Below, in pieces: positions 1 through 9,178 of a stretch of 64,000 nucleotides of DNA (the stretch's first letter is position 1; every line of letters begins with the position of its first letter). The notes beneath the pieces were generated by a model. The model did not search any database, was not told the DNA's origin, and was given only the letters and a program-made list of their open reading frames with translations. The DNA is taken from the NCBI GenBank assembly GCA_965246885.1, contig OZ251992.1, forward strand, positions 2,720,001 through 2,784,000. Reading direction: 5' to 3'. Made by a program: the position numbers and the translations under genes. This DNA comes from Abditibacterium sp. (GTDB taxonomy: Bacteria > Armatimonadota > Abditibacteriia > Abditibacteriales > Abditibacteriaceae).

Positions 1-2
1 AA

Positions 3-440
3 GTTTGCTTCGAGGCCGAAAACACCGCTTCCCTCCAATCGCCCATCCGCGTCGTCAAAGGCAAAGGCGCCTCGGTGTCAGGCGGCGGTTATCTGGAGAT
101 TCCTTGGGATCAAAACAAAACCAAAGGCGTTGGCTATGCGACCTACGCGTTCAAAGCGCCCAAAGCGGGCGCTTACTATCTCTGGGCGCGCTGTTACTGG
201 GCCAACGGCTGCGGCAACTCCATTCAAGCCGGAACGAGCAAAACCAACATGAAAGTTCTGGGCGAGGATGGCACCTACGACGCATGGCACTGGGTCGGCG
301 GGACGGCCCGCTTCACGCTCAAAGCAGGCAAGAACACCTTTGTCTTGCACAACCACGAAACCGGCGTGCGCGTTGACCAGTTCTTTTTGTGCACCGACCC
401 AGAATACACGCCAACGGGCATCCGCCCTATCACCAAGTAG
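3..440 (+). CDS. 5'-truncated protein with carbohydrate-binding-module-like (CBM6/35-like) beta-sandwich
   Basis: Frame open from the window edge (VCFEAENTASL...SGGGYLEIP...LKAGKNTFVL...VRVDQF). The FEAE and L..G.NT..L motifs are typical of galactose-binding-like folds. Confidence 0.55.
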   Translation, partial: VCFEAENTASLQSPIRVVKGKGASVSGGGYLEIPWDQNKTKGVGYATYAFKAPKAGAYYLWARCYWANGCGNSIQAGTSKTNMKVLGEDGTYDAWHWVGGTARFTLKAGKNTFVLHNHETGVRVDQFFLCTDPEYTPTGIRPITK

Positions 441-449
441 GCGCGGCGG

Positions 450-560
450 CAAAATAATTCGCTAACTGACGGCACAATTAACTGCGCGGGCGAAAGAATT
501 AGCCCGGCGAAGGGAAGAATTGTACCCGCCGTCGCAAGAATTAACCCGCTGGTCGGCGCG
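450..560. repeat. degenerate 21-bp-period tandem array 1
   Basis: AATT cores at 476, 497, 518 and 539 (ggcacaattaac, gaaagaattagc, ggaagaattgta, gcaagaattaac). Confidence 0.8.
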
Positions 561-667
561 CGCATGCCACTGAGGCGACGCCAGAGGTGAGGCAACGGCC
601 CAGAAGCGGCGTATAATTCGCAACGCGATACGGTGCTCGCGCTTCTAAAGACTGCAACGGACACACC

Positions 668-1279
668 ATGAAACTTTCCTTCTCGCTCGCGGCCATTGTG
701 CTCGCGATTTCGGTTCCGGCTTTGGCGCAGACCCGCCCCAACGTGGGCAATCGCACGAGTGGCGGCGGGGTTCTCCCGCTTCCCAAGGGCGTTGATCGCG
801 TTGTTTCGATAGATGCTTACAACGAACTGCTCGCCGAAGGCACCGACGACACGGGACGACGCATTTACACACCCATCATCATCAACCACGTGTATTCGGG
901 CGGCATCGCGGCGCTGTTTGGCGGCATTTCGATTCCGACAGAGCAGTTCGTCTCCCCCGGCGCGGGTGGTGGCAGCAATCGAGGTGGTGGCGGCTTTGGC
1001 GTGCGCGGCTTTGGCGGTGGAGGCAACACCTTCCAAACGGGCGGCGGCAACTTCAACGGAAGTCAAGGGTTCAATGGTGGGAACAACTTCAACGGCGGGC
1101 AAAACGGTGGCCCCATTACGGGTTTCAACAACCTCGGCGTCAACGGGGGCTTCAACAGCGCCGGGAATGGGCAAATCTTTCAAACTCCAAACGGAGGAAC
1201 CGGTTTCAGCCAATCGAGCATCGTTAATCCCGACGGGACAACGACGCCGCTCGCCAACGGGCCGTTCTTCCCGCAGTAA
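668..1279 (+). CDS. secreted protein with Gly/Asn/Phe-rich low-complexity C-terminus
   Basis: N-terminal signal peptide (ALA-Q) and repeated GGFN/GGNF motifs. Confidence 0.75.
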   Translation: MKLSFSLAAIVLAISVPALAQTRPNVGNRTSGGGVLPLPKGVDRVVSIDAYNELLAEGTDDTGRRIYTPIIINHVYSGGIAALFGGISIPTEQFVSPGAGGGSNRGGGGFGVRGFGGGGNTFQTGGGNFNGSQGFNGGNNFNGGQNGGPITGFNNLGVNGGFNSAGNGQIFQTPNGGTGFSQSSIVNPDGTTTPLANGPFFPQ

Positions 1280-1291
1280 AAGGATTCCGGC

Positions 1292-2059
1292 GTGCCCATT
1301 GTCATTAAGAATAAAAACGAACTCAAACTCATGCGCCGCTCCGGTCGTGTGGCCCAGCGCATCCTCAACGAACTCGGCGCCGCTGCCCAAAACGGCGCGA
1401 CGGGCCGCGATCTCGATCGCTTAGCGCGCCGTCTGCTCGAACAAAACGGCGCTCGCTCGCCCTTTTTGGGCAAGAAAACCCAGAACGCCCCGCCTTATCC
1501 GAGCGTGCTCACGGTTTCCGTCAATGACGCGGTCGTTCACGGCATCCCGACGGACATGCCCTTCAAGAACGGCGACATCGTAGCGCTCGATGTGGGAGCT
1601 ATCGTCAACGGCTTTATCGGCGATACCGCAGGCACATTCGCTATTGGCACCCCCAGCGTCGCCGCGCAAAGGCTGATGCGCGTTACGAGCGAAGCGCGCG
1701 ACTTGGGCATCAAGGCGGCGGTCGTTGGCAACACGGTTGGCGACATTTCCCACGCCATTCAGCGCCATGTCGAAGATCACGGCTACTCTGTCGTGCGCGA
1801 GTTAGTCGGTCACGGCGTGGGCCGCTCGATGCACGAAGACCCGCAAGTCCCCAACTTCGGCCCGCGCAACGACGGCCCGCGCTTGCGCGCCGGTATGACC
1901 ATTGCCATCGAGCCGATGGTCAACGCAGGCGCCGCCGCCGTGAAGACCTTGCCCGACAAGTGGACGGTCGTCACCAAGGACGGGAGCCTGAGCGCCCATT
2001 TCGAGCACACCGTCGCCGTTCTAAGCGACGGCCCGGAAATTCTGACGGTGGATGAATGA
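1292..2059 (+). CDS. map: type I methionine aminopeptidase
   Basis: SVNDAVVHGIP, DVG...GDTA, GHGVGRSMHEDP, IEPMV and SAHFEHT motifs. Confidence 0.97.
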   Translation: MPIVIKNKNELKLMRRSGRVAQRILNELGAAAQNGATGRDLDRLARRLLEQNGARSPFLGKKTQNAPPYPSVLTVSVNDAVVHGIPTDMPFKNGDIVALDVGAIVNGFIGDTAGTFAIGTPSVAAQRLMRVTSEARDLGIKAAVVGNTVGDISHAIQRHVEDHGYSVVRELVGHGVGRSMHEDPQVPNFGPRNDGPRLRAGMTIAIEPMVNAGAAAVKTLPDKWTVVTKDGSLSAHFEHTVAVLSDGPEILTVDE

Positions 2060-2201
2060 GGCGAACGCGGAAGAGGCTTCACCCATGCGCTATGTGTCGT
2101 TAATTTTCGAGTGCCATGCCCACCCACAGCAAGGGCACGCAAACCTGTGGGAAGCGCTAACATGGACACTTCGGCCACCCGAACGCCGGGAACATAGAAG
2201 C

Positions 2202-2396
2202 ATGGCGACGATTTGGATAGCGTATACCGACGACCCGCGATGGCGGGCAACGATTCCCACTGAGTTCGAGGCGAACGGGTTCCAGAAGATCGGCCCGATG
2301 GCGTTGCACGACGCGGAAGCGGCCATTATCGCGCTGAAATCGTTGCTGGAGGCTGCTGCTCTGTCTTATACCGAGCAGACCTGTTCTGATGATTGA
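2202..2396 (+). CDS. small hypothetical protein
   Basis: Protein-like 64-aa 3' part of ORF 2052-2396 (MATIWIAY...). Start uncertain. Confidence 0.4.
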   Translation: MATIWIAYTDDPRWRATIPTEFEANGFQKIGPMALHDAEAAIIALKSLLEAAALSYTEQTCSDD

Positions 2397-2429
2397 GTCC
2401 GGCAAATTCAATCGCCGTTTAGTCAAAGC

Positions 2430-2672
2430 CTACCGCTTCCGCGTCCCCATCTCGCTTTCTTTCATCGCGCGCCTGAGTCGTTGCAAGCGGCGCAGGAAGA
2501 CCCAGACGAGGGCCAGAAGCAGGAGTAAAGGGAGGACACTCGCCCAAACGGGGAGCGCGGTGCCGCTTGCTATGGCGCGGTGACGCGCCAGGAAGTATAG
2601 CCACGCGCCCACGAAAGAGATGACCATGATGAACGTTTCGAGGCGCTGCGGTTGCTTGGCGGGGGAAGTCAT
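2430..2672 (-). CDS. small membrane protein (2 TM)
   Basis: 80 aa with two hydrophobic segments and a basic tail. Fills the gap between genes. Confidence 0.65.
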   Translation of the reverse strand: MTSPAKQPQRLETFIMVISFVGAWLYFLARHRAIASGTALPVWASVLPLLLLLALVWVFLRRLQRLRRAMKESEMGTRKR

Positions 2673-2708
2673 GCTCTCAGTTTGCCTCCGCCATACTGGG
2701 CGGGGATT

Positions 2709-3635
2709 ATGGCACTCAAACAAGAGATAGTGGCGCTGGGCGCGTGGAAGAACAACCTCGCGCTGTCGAACGACGCGTGCGAACTGCTGATTACGCTCGA
2801 TGTCGGGCCGCGCATCCTGTCGTTTGCCCCGAAGAAGGGGCGCAACGTGTTCAAGATATTCAAAGAACAACGCGGCAAAAGTGGCGAGGACGGTTGGCAG
2901 TCGCGCGGAGGGCATCGGTTGTGGCTGGCGCCCGAAAGCTACCCATTCTCCTACTTTCCCGATAACGCGCCCGTCGAGCACACGGTGCACCCCAATGGGG
3001 CAGTAACGCTGCTTGCCGAGGACGAGATGCCGCAGGGCTTCTCGAAGCAGATGGACGTGGCGCTGCATCCGACCAAAGCGCGGGTGCGGATTGTGCACCG
3101 CTTGGTGAACGTGGTGGACGAACCACAAACGGTGGCGCCTTGGATGCTGTCGGTGATGGACGCGGGTGGCGTTGCCATCGTTCCCCAGCCGACGCCGCGC
3201 GAGCATCCGGGTTTGGGGCCGGGCGACTTTACGCCGAACCGTTCGCTCGTTTTGTGGCCCTTCACCGACCTGAGCGATCCGCGCTTCCACTTGGGGGCGC
3301 GCTTCTGGACTATTGCGCAGGACGCCGCGCGCGGCGCCACGAAGATTGGCCTCCATTCGCCGGTCGAGTGGGCGGCGTATTATCTGGACGGCACGCTGTT
3401 CGTCAAGCGCTGGAGCTTCGATAAGGCCGCAACTTACCCCGACCGGGGCAGCGCTTTTGAACTGTTTACCAACGAGGAGATACTGGAGTTGGAAACCCTC
3501 GCGCCCCTCACGACGCTCAAACCGGGCGGCGTTGTCGAAGCGGTCGAGGAGTGGGAACTGTTCCCCAATGTCCCCACCTTCGACGCGCGGGATGACGAGT
3601 CCATCGCGGCGATGTTGATGGGTGTGGGGCTGTAA
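2709..3635 (+). CDS. galactose-mutarotase-like / DUF4380-type hypothetical protein
   Basis: DVGPRILSF, GGHRLWLAPE, YPDRG and LELETLAP motifs. Confidence 0.75.
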   Translation: MALKQEIVALGAWKNNLALSNDACELLITLDVGPRILSFAPKKGRNVFKIFKEQRGKSGEDGWQSRGGHRLWLAPESYPFSYFPDNAPVEHTVHPNGAVTLLAEDEMPQGFSKQMDVALHPTKARVRIVHRLVNVVDEPQTVAPWMLSVMDAGGVAIVPQPTPREHPGLGPGDFTPNRSLVLWPFTDLSDPRFHLGARFWTIAQDAARGATKIGLHSPVEWAAYYLDGTLFVKRWSFDKAATYPDRGSAFELFTNEEILELETLAPLTTLKPGGVVEAVEEWELFPNVPTFDARDDESIAAMLMGVGL

Positions 3636-3643
3636 GCGGCGTG

Positions 3644-4360
3644 CTACGCGAGGTCAACCACCCACGCGCCGGGGACATGGGCATCCACGATGGCGCCGCC
3701 GAGGTTGAACCAGAGCGAGGCGGCGTCCAGTATGGCGGAATCGGCGGTAGCGATGAGGACATCGTCGCCCAATTTTTTGAGCGCGTTGTCGGCGGATGGC
3801 ACCAGTTCCACCCGCCACGCGCGGCCCGTTTGGGCGGCGACCTCCAGAAGCAGTTCGCGCAACCGCCCCGAATTGGACACGGGGGCGTCGAGCCACCACA
3901 AACATTCGGGCACGCGTAGTTCATCCAAGGTGGCGGCGATAAGTTCGAGGGCCGGGCCGGTTTCTTCGACGCGGCGGAAGTTGCCGTGCGAACTGGCGAG
4001 GTCGCGCAGTGCCCCGTCGCGCCCCCGTAAGATAACCGCGCCGCCCAACGCCGCTTCGACCAGCATCAAGACGTTGTAGCCGTCGAGGTGCAACACGCCG
4101 CTTCGGGCGCCCGCGACTTCCTTGCCCAAACGGAGGTCGCGCGTGGCGTCGCCGCACGCGCTGCGCCCGATGGCGGTGCGCTGGCGTTCGTGCAGTTGGA
4201 AGTGGTTGCCGACCAGTTCGAGGGCGGATTTACTCGCGTAGCCGCGCTCCAACAGCAGGGACAAATCGGCGACGGCTTCGCGTAGCATCGGGATTTGGCC
4301 GGGTGCGAACAGTTCGGCATCTTTGGGATGCGGCCCGCGATGAGTGGGAGTGTGTGGCAT
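3644..4360 (-). CDS. DUF434 domain-containing protein
   Basis: LLERGYASKSALELVGNHFQL, LDGYNVL, GRDGALRDLAS, LDAPVSNSG and IATADS motifs. Confidence 0.85.
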   Translation of the reverse strand: MPHTPTHRGPHPKDAELFAPGQIPMLREAVADLSLLLERGYASKSALELVGNHFQLHERQRTAIGRSACGDATRDLRLGKEVAGARSGVLHLDGYNVLMLVEAALGGAVILRGRDGALRDLASSHGNFRRVEETGPALELIAATLDELRVPECLWWLDAPVSNSGRLRELLLEVAAQTGRAWRVELVPSADNALKKLGDDVLIATADSAILDAASLWFNLGGAIVDAHVPGAWVVDLA

Positions 4361-4415
4361 GAAGAAATCGCCCGCAACAATCGGGGGGCGCCTCGCGTCT
4401 GACCCTTCCATTCTA

Positions 4416-5231
4416 ATGAAAATCACCGCTTTCGTGGGGCTTTGCGCCCCGCTTTTTTTGCCCGCCGCGTCCGCCCTCGCCAAACCAAAGTCGTGGGTGG
4501 GGCTGCAAGTGACAACCGACGCCGCCCGCTACGCTCCGGGACAGCCCATCACGGTGCGCCTGCTCGCCCACAACGATTACTTCGGCCCAGCCTATCTGAA
4601 GTTTACGAGCGGCCAGCGTTTCGACTTCCAACTGTTTCGGGTGGGGTCGAAGGACGCGGCGTACACGTGGAGCGCCAACAAGATGTTCGCCCAAACGACG
4701 GGGCAACTCAAGTTCTCGCCAACGCAAAGCAAGGAGTTCGAAGCGCAAATCGGGAATGAAGCGGGCGCGCTCCCACCGGGCAAGTATCAACTGCGCGCCT
4801 TCTTGACCAGCACCTCGCGCATCGAGGCCAAGCCGGTATCCCTCGAAATCGTGTCCTCTCTCGTGCCCCTGCAAACCACCACCGACAAGACGCAGTACAA
4901 GGTGGGAGAGCCGGTGCGCATCACCCTCGCGGCGCGCAACACGACGGGCGCAGCGCGAACGCTCCGCTTCAATAGTGGCCAGTCGTTCGACGTGGAAGTG
5001 TTCAACGGAGGCGGGGAACCGGTGTGGAATTGGGCCGCCAACAAACGCTTCACTATGGCGCTCCACTCGGTCGAACTGAAACCGGGGCAAACGCAAACCT
5101 ACGAAGCGACATGGGACGGTACCGCTCTGCCCGATGCCCCGAAAATGGCGCCCGGAACGTATACCATCCGCGCCACTCTTACGAGCAACCCGCGCATGGA
5201 AGCGCCCGCGCTCCGGGTCGAGATTAAGTAA
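4416..5231 (+). CDS. secreted protein with two BsuPI-like (proteinase inhibitor-like) Ig domains
   Basis: Signal peptide, then two repeats of TD..Y..G+P+.+.L...F.SGQ.FD....W+A.K.F...PG.Y.+RA.LTS. Confidence 0.8.
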   Translation: MKITAFVGLCAPLFLPAASALAKPKSWVGLQVTTDAARYAPGQPITVRLLAHNDYFGPAYLKFTSGQRFDFQLFRVGSKDAAYTWSANKMFAQTTGQLKFSPTQSKEFEAQIGNEAGALPPGKYQLRAFLTSTSRIEAKPVSLEIVSSLVPLQTTTDKTQYKVGEPVRITLAARNTTGAARTLRFNSGQSFDVEVFNGGGEPVWNWAANKRFTMALHSVELKPGQTQTYEATWDGTALPDAPKMAPGTYTIRATLTSNPRMEAPALRVEIK

Positions 5232-5276
5232 CCGCGCAGGGAGCTTGAAACGGCGACTTGAAGTAAAATTTCACCC

Positions 5277-5675
5277 ATGAACTCCGAACCTATCGAGCGC
5301 GACCCGCACTGCGGCCCGGTTTCCAGCGAGGCGTGGGCGCGCGACGCCGAAGCGCGAAAGCGCGGGCGAGTGGAGATTTTCAACGCGCTCAAGCCAAGCG
5401 GCCTCGACAATTGGACAATGGACGCGCGGCAGTATGAACTGATGCGCGGGCACATCCTGACGATGATCGAGGCGTTTGGCGACGCGGATGGGATAATCGC
5501 CTTGGCCGAAGTGGTGGCGAGGGCGCAGGAAAAATACGCGACTCACGAGCTATTCCCCAAGGGGCGCGTGCGGAACTACTGCACTTTCACCAAAGTAGAC
5601 ATGGAAGCGCGCTGCGAAATCGAGCGCGTTCCGCGCCGCTCGCCGCAACGAATCCGGCTGTGGCGCGCGGAGTGA
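5277..5675 (+). CDS. hypothetical protein
   Basis: Clean 132-aa ORF with C-terminal TKVDMEARCEIER..SPQRIRL. Confidence 0.65.
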   Translation: MNSEPIERDPHCGPVSSEAWARDAEARKRGRVEIFNALKPSGLDNWTMDARQYELMRGHILTMIEAFGDADGIIALAEVVARAQEKYATHELFPKGRVRNYCTFTKVDMEARCEIERVPRRSPQRIRLWRAE

Positions 5676-5716
5676 GGCGGCGGCACGCTAAAATGAAGGG
5701 CCATTCCACGAAAAAC

Positions 5717-8700
5717 ATGGCCAAACTCCTCGTTGCCAACCGCTCTGAGATCGCTATCCGCGTGTTCCGCGCCGCTACCGAATTGGGGCTGTCCACCGTC
5801 GCAATCTACACCGTCGAAGACCGCTTCGCCACGCACCGCTTCAAGGCCGACGAAGCCTACGAACTCGACCCCAATAAGGGGCCGGTCGGCGCCTATCTCG
5901 ATCCCGAAGGCATCGTCGCGCTTGCCAAATCCAAGGGCGCCGACCTCGTTCACCCCGGCTACGGCTTTCTCTCCGAGAACGCCCACTTCGCCCGCTTGTG
6001 CGCCGACGCCGGATTGACGTTCGTGGGGCCGCGCCCAGAGCTTTTAGAATTGATGGGCGATAAAGTCGCGGCCCGCAAACAAGCGCAACTCGTTGGCGTG
6101 CCAACTCTCCCCGGCACCGAGCAACCCGTGAGCGACCGCGACGAAGCGCGCGCCGTTGCCCAAACCATCGGATTCCCGCTTATCATCAAAGCCGCCGCCG
6201 GGGGAGGGGGGCGCGGCATGCGCGTCGTGCGCGACCCCGCCGACCTCGACACCCTGCTCGACCAAGCCCAAGACGAAGCGGGCCGCGCTTTCGGCGATTC
6301 GTCGGTCTTCTTGGAGCGGTTCGTCGGGCGCGCCAAGCACATCGAAGTGCAGATACTGGGCGATAGGCACGGCAACGTCTTGCACTTGCACGAGCGCGAC
6401 TGCTCCGTGCAGCGCCGCCACCAAAAGGTCGTCGAGATCGCGCCCAGCGTCAACCTCCCGGAGCAAACGCGCATGGAATTGTGCGCCGCCGCGCGCGACC
6501 TCGCGGCTTCCATTGGCTACGACAACGCGGGCACGGTCGAGTTCCTGCTGGACTTGGACACGGACGAGTGGTTCTTCATCGAGATGAACCCGCGCATCCA
6601 AGTCGAACACACCGTCACCGAACAGATAACGGGCATTGACCTCGTGCGCTCGCAAATCTTAGTCGCGCAGGGCTACGCGCTCACCTCGCCCGAACTGTCG
6701 CTCCCCGCGCAAGAGAACATCCCGCGCAACGGCTTTGCGATTCAAGCGCGCATCACGACCGAAGACCCCGAAAACGGCTTCGCGCCCGACTACGGAAAGA
6801 TTCTGGCTTACCGCAGCGCGGCGGGGTTCGGCATCCGCTTGGACGGCGGCATGGCGGCATCGGGTGCCGTCGTCACGCCGTTCTACGACTCGCTTCTGGT
6901 CAAAGTCACCGCGAGTGCGCCGACGTTCGACACCGCCATTTCGCGTCTTGACCGCGCCTTGCGCGAGTTCCGTGTGCGCGGCGTCAAAACCAACATCCCC
7001 TTTTTAGAGAACGTCCTCGCGCACCCCATCTTCCGGTCGGGCATGGCGACGACGACCCTCATTGACACCTCGCCCGAATTGCTTGAATTTGCGCCGCGCC
7101 GCGACCGCGCCACGAAACTGCTCGCCTTTTTGGGCGATGTGATCGTCAACGGCAACCCCAACGCCAAAGGATGGAAACCCGCCAAACCCTTTGCCACGCC
7201 GAAAACCCCCGCGTCCGCGCCCAAACGCGACGCGAGAGGCACGCGCCAACGCCTGCGCGAACTGGGGCCGCGCGGATTCGCCGACTGGACGCGCGCGCAG
7301 CCGCAACTGCTGCTGACGGACACGACGCTACGCGACGCGCACCAATCCCTGCTTGCCACGCGCGTGCGCACCTTCGACATGCTCCGCGTCGCCGACGCCA
7401 TTCAAGCGCGCTTGCCGAACCTGTTCTCTTTAGAGATGTGGGGAGGCGCCACCTTCGACACCGCGATGCGCTTCGGGCGCGAAGACCCTTGGGAGCGGCT
7501 GCGCCTTTTGCGCGGCGCCATCCCCGACATCTGCTTCCAGATGCTGTTTCGCGGCTCGAACGCGGTCGGCTATTCCAACTACCCCGATAACGTCGTCGCG
7601 GGCTTCGTCAAACACGCCGCTCAGTCGGGCATTGACATCTTCCGCGTTTTCGACTCGCTCAACTTCCTGCCCAATTTGCAAGTGGCGATGGACGCGGTGA
7701 ACGAGACGGGCACCACGATTTGCGAAGCGGCGATTTGCTACACCGGCGACATTCTCGACCCGGCCCGCACGAAGTATTCGCTCGCCTACTACGTCGAATT
7801 GGCGCGCGAGTTGGAGCGTATGGGCGCGCACATTCTGGCAATCAAAGACATGGCGGGGTTGTGCCGCCCGTTCGCGGCGTTCGCGCTTGTCAAAGCGTTG
7901 AAAGAGGAAGTCGGAATACCCATCCACTTCCATACCCACGACACGAGTGGCACGTCTGCCGCCTCCGTTCTGATGGCGAGCGAAGCGGGCGTAGACATCG
8001 CCGACGCCGCGCTCAGTTCCATGAGCGGCGGCACCTCGCAACCGAATTTGAACTCCCTCGTCGCCGCGCTCCAACGCACCCCGCGCGACACCGGCCTCGA
8101 CTTGGCGGCGCTTGATGAACTGTCGGACTACTGGGAAGCCGTCCTGCCGTTCTACCATCCCTTCGACACCACCTCGCGCGCCGGAACTGCCGAGGTGTAT
8201 CTTCACGAAATGCCGGGGGGCCAGTTCACCAACCTCAAAGAACAAGCCGCGTCCTTGGGCTTAAGCAGTCGTTGGCCGGAAATCGCCCGCACCTACGCCG
8301 AAGTCAACCAACTGTTCGGCGACATCGTGAAAGTGACGCCTTCGAGCAAAGTTGTGGGCGACATGACGATGTTTCTCATTAGTCGTGGCATGAAAGCGAG
8401 CGACGTGCCGAACATCGAGCCGGGCACCATCGGCTTTCCCGAATCGGTCGTGGATATGCTGAGCGGCGGTTTGGGCCAGCCGATGGGCGGCTTTCCACCC
8501 GAAGTCGTCCATGCCGTTCTGGGCGATGCGCCCCTCACCACCAAGCGCCCCGGCGAGGGTTTGCCGCCGCTCGATTTGGAAGCGACACGCGCCGGATTGG
8601 GCGAGAACGTGAGCGACGATGACCTGTACTCCAGCCTGATGTACCCGCAAGTCTGGAAGGAGTTCGCCGCGTTCAAGGACGCTTATGGCGACGTGTCGGT

Positions 8701-9142
8701 CTTGCCGACGCCCGCGTATTTCTATGGTCTGGCGCCCGATGAGGAAGTTTCCATTTCCATCGAAGCGGGCAAGACGCTGATTTTGAAGCTCATCAACGTC
8801 GGCGAGCCGGACAAATCGGGGCGGCGTAGCGTCAACTTCGAGCTAAACGGCATCGCGCGCTCCGTTTTGGTGGACGACCGCTCGCTCGCGGGCGAAAAGC
8901 GGGGCCGCGTCAAAGTCAACCCGGCGGTCGAGGGCGAAGTCGGCGCGCCCATCCCCGGCATGATCACGCAACTCACCGTCGCCGTCGGCCAGAAAGTGAC
9001 GCGCGGCGAAAAGCTCTTGTCCTTGGAAGCGATGAAAATGCTGACGCAAGTCAACTCCGCCATCGAAGGAACGGTCAAGGAGATTGCCGTCGCCGTCGGG
9101 GAGACCGTCGAAGCGAAGGATTTGCTGGTGCGGGTGGAATAG
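5717..9142 (+). CDS. pyc: pyruvate carboxylase
   Basis: Biotin carboxylase (ANRSEIA, HPGYGFLSEN, RDCSVQRRHQK), carboxyltransferase (RDAHQS, IKDMAG, HTHDT) and biotinyl (EAMKM) domains. Confidence 0.98.
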   Translation: MAKLLVANRSEIAIRVFRAATELGLSTVAIYTVEDRFATHRFKADEAYELDPNKGPVGAYLDPEGIVALAKSKGADLVHPGYGFLSENAHFARLCADAGLTFVGPRPELLELMGDKVAARKQAQLVGVPTLPGTEQPVSDRDEARAVAQTIGFPLIIKAAAGGGGRGMRVVRDPADLDTLLDQAQDEAGRAFGDSSVFLERFVGRAKHIEVQILGDRHGNVLHLHERDCSVQRRHQKVVEIAPSVNLPEQTRMELCAAARDLAASIGYDNAGTVEFLLDLDTDEWFFIEMNPRIQVEHTVTEQITGIDLVRSQILVAQGYALTSPELSLPAQENIPRNGFAIQARITTEDPENGFAPDYGKILAYRSAAGFGIRLDGGMAASGAVVTPFYDSLLVKVTASAPTFDTAISRLDRALREFRVRGVKTNIPFLENVLAHPIFRSGMATTTLIDTSPELLEFAPRRDRATKLLAFLGDVIVNGNPNAKGWKPAKPFATPKTPASAPKRDARGTRQRLRELGPRGFADWTRAQPQLLLTDTTLRDAHQSLLATRVRTFDMLRVADAIQARLPNLFSLEMWGGATFDTAMRFGREDPWERLRLLRGAIPDICFQMLFRGSNAVGYSNYPDNVVAGFVKHAAQSGIDIFRVFDSLNFLPNLQVAMDAVNETGTTICEAAICYTGDILDPARTKYSLAYYVELARELERMGAHILAIKDMAGLCRPFAAFALVKALKEEVGIPIHFHTHDTSGTSAASVLMASEAGVDIADAALSSMSGGTSQPNLNSLVAALQRTPRDTGLDLAALDELSDYWEAVLPFYHPFDTTSRAGTAEVYLHEMPGGQFTNLKEQAASLGLSSRWPEIARTYAEVNQLFGDIVKVTPSSKVVGDMTMFLISRGMKASDVPNIEPGTIGFPESVVDMLSGGLGQPMGGFPPEVVHAVLGDAPLTTKRPGEGLPPLDLEATRAGLGENVSDDDLYSSLMYPQVWKEFAAFKDAYGDVSVLPTPAYFYGLAPDEEVSISIEAGKTLILKLINVGEPDKSGRRSVNFELNGIARSVLVDDRSLAGEKRGRVKVNPAVEGEVGAPIPGMITQLTVAVGQKVTRGEKLLSLEAMKMLTQVNSAIEGTVKEIAVAVGETVEAKDLLVRVE

Positions 9143-9178
9143 GGGCAGGCCCTACTCCACACCTGCAAACTAAAAGGC

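Noticed and set aside
275..1390. Long antisense ORFs (also 26331-27428, 34758-36137, 46350-47501, 50311-51696, 53210-54649)
   Set aside because: They shadow well-supported genes on the other strand, which is expected in GC-rich DNA.
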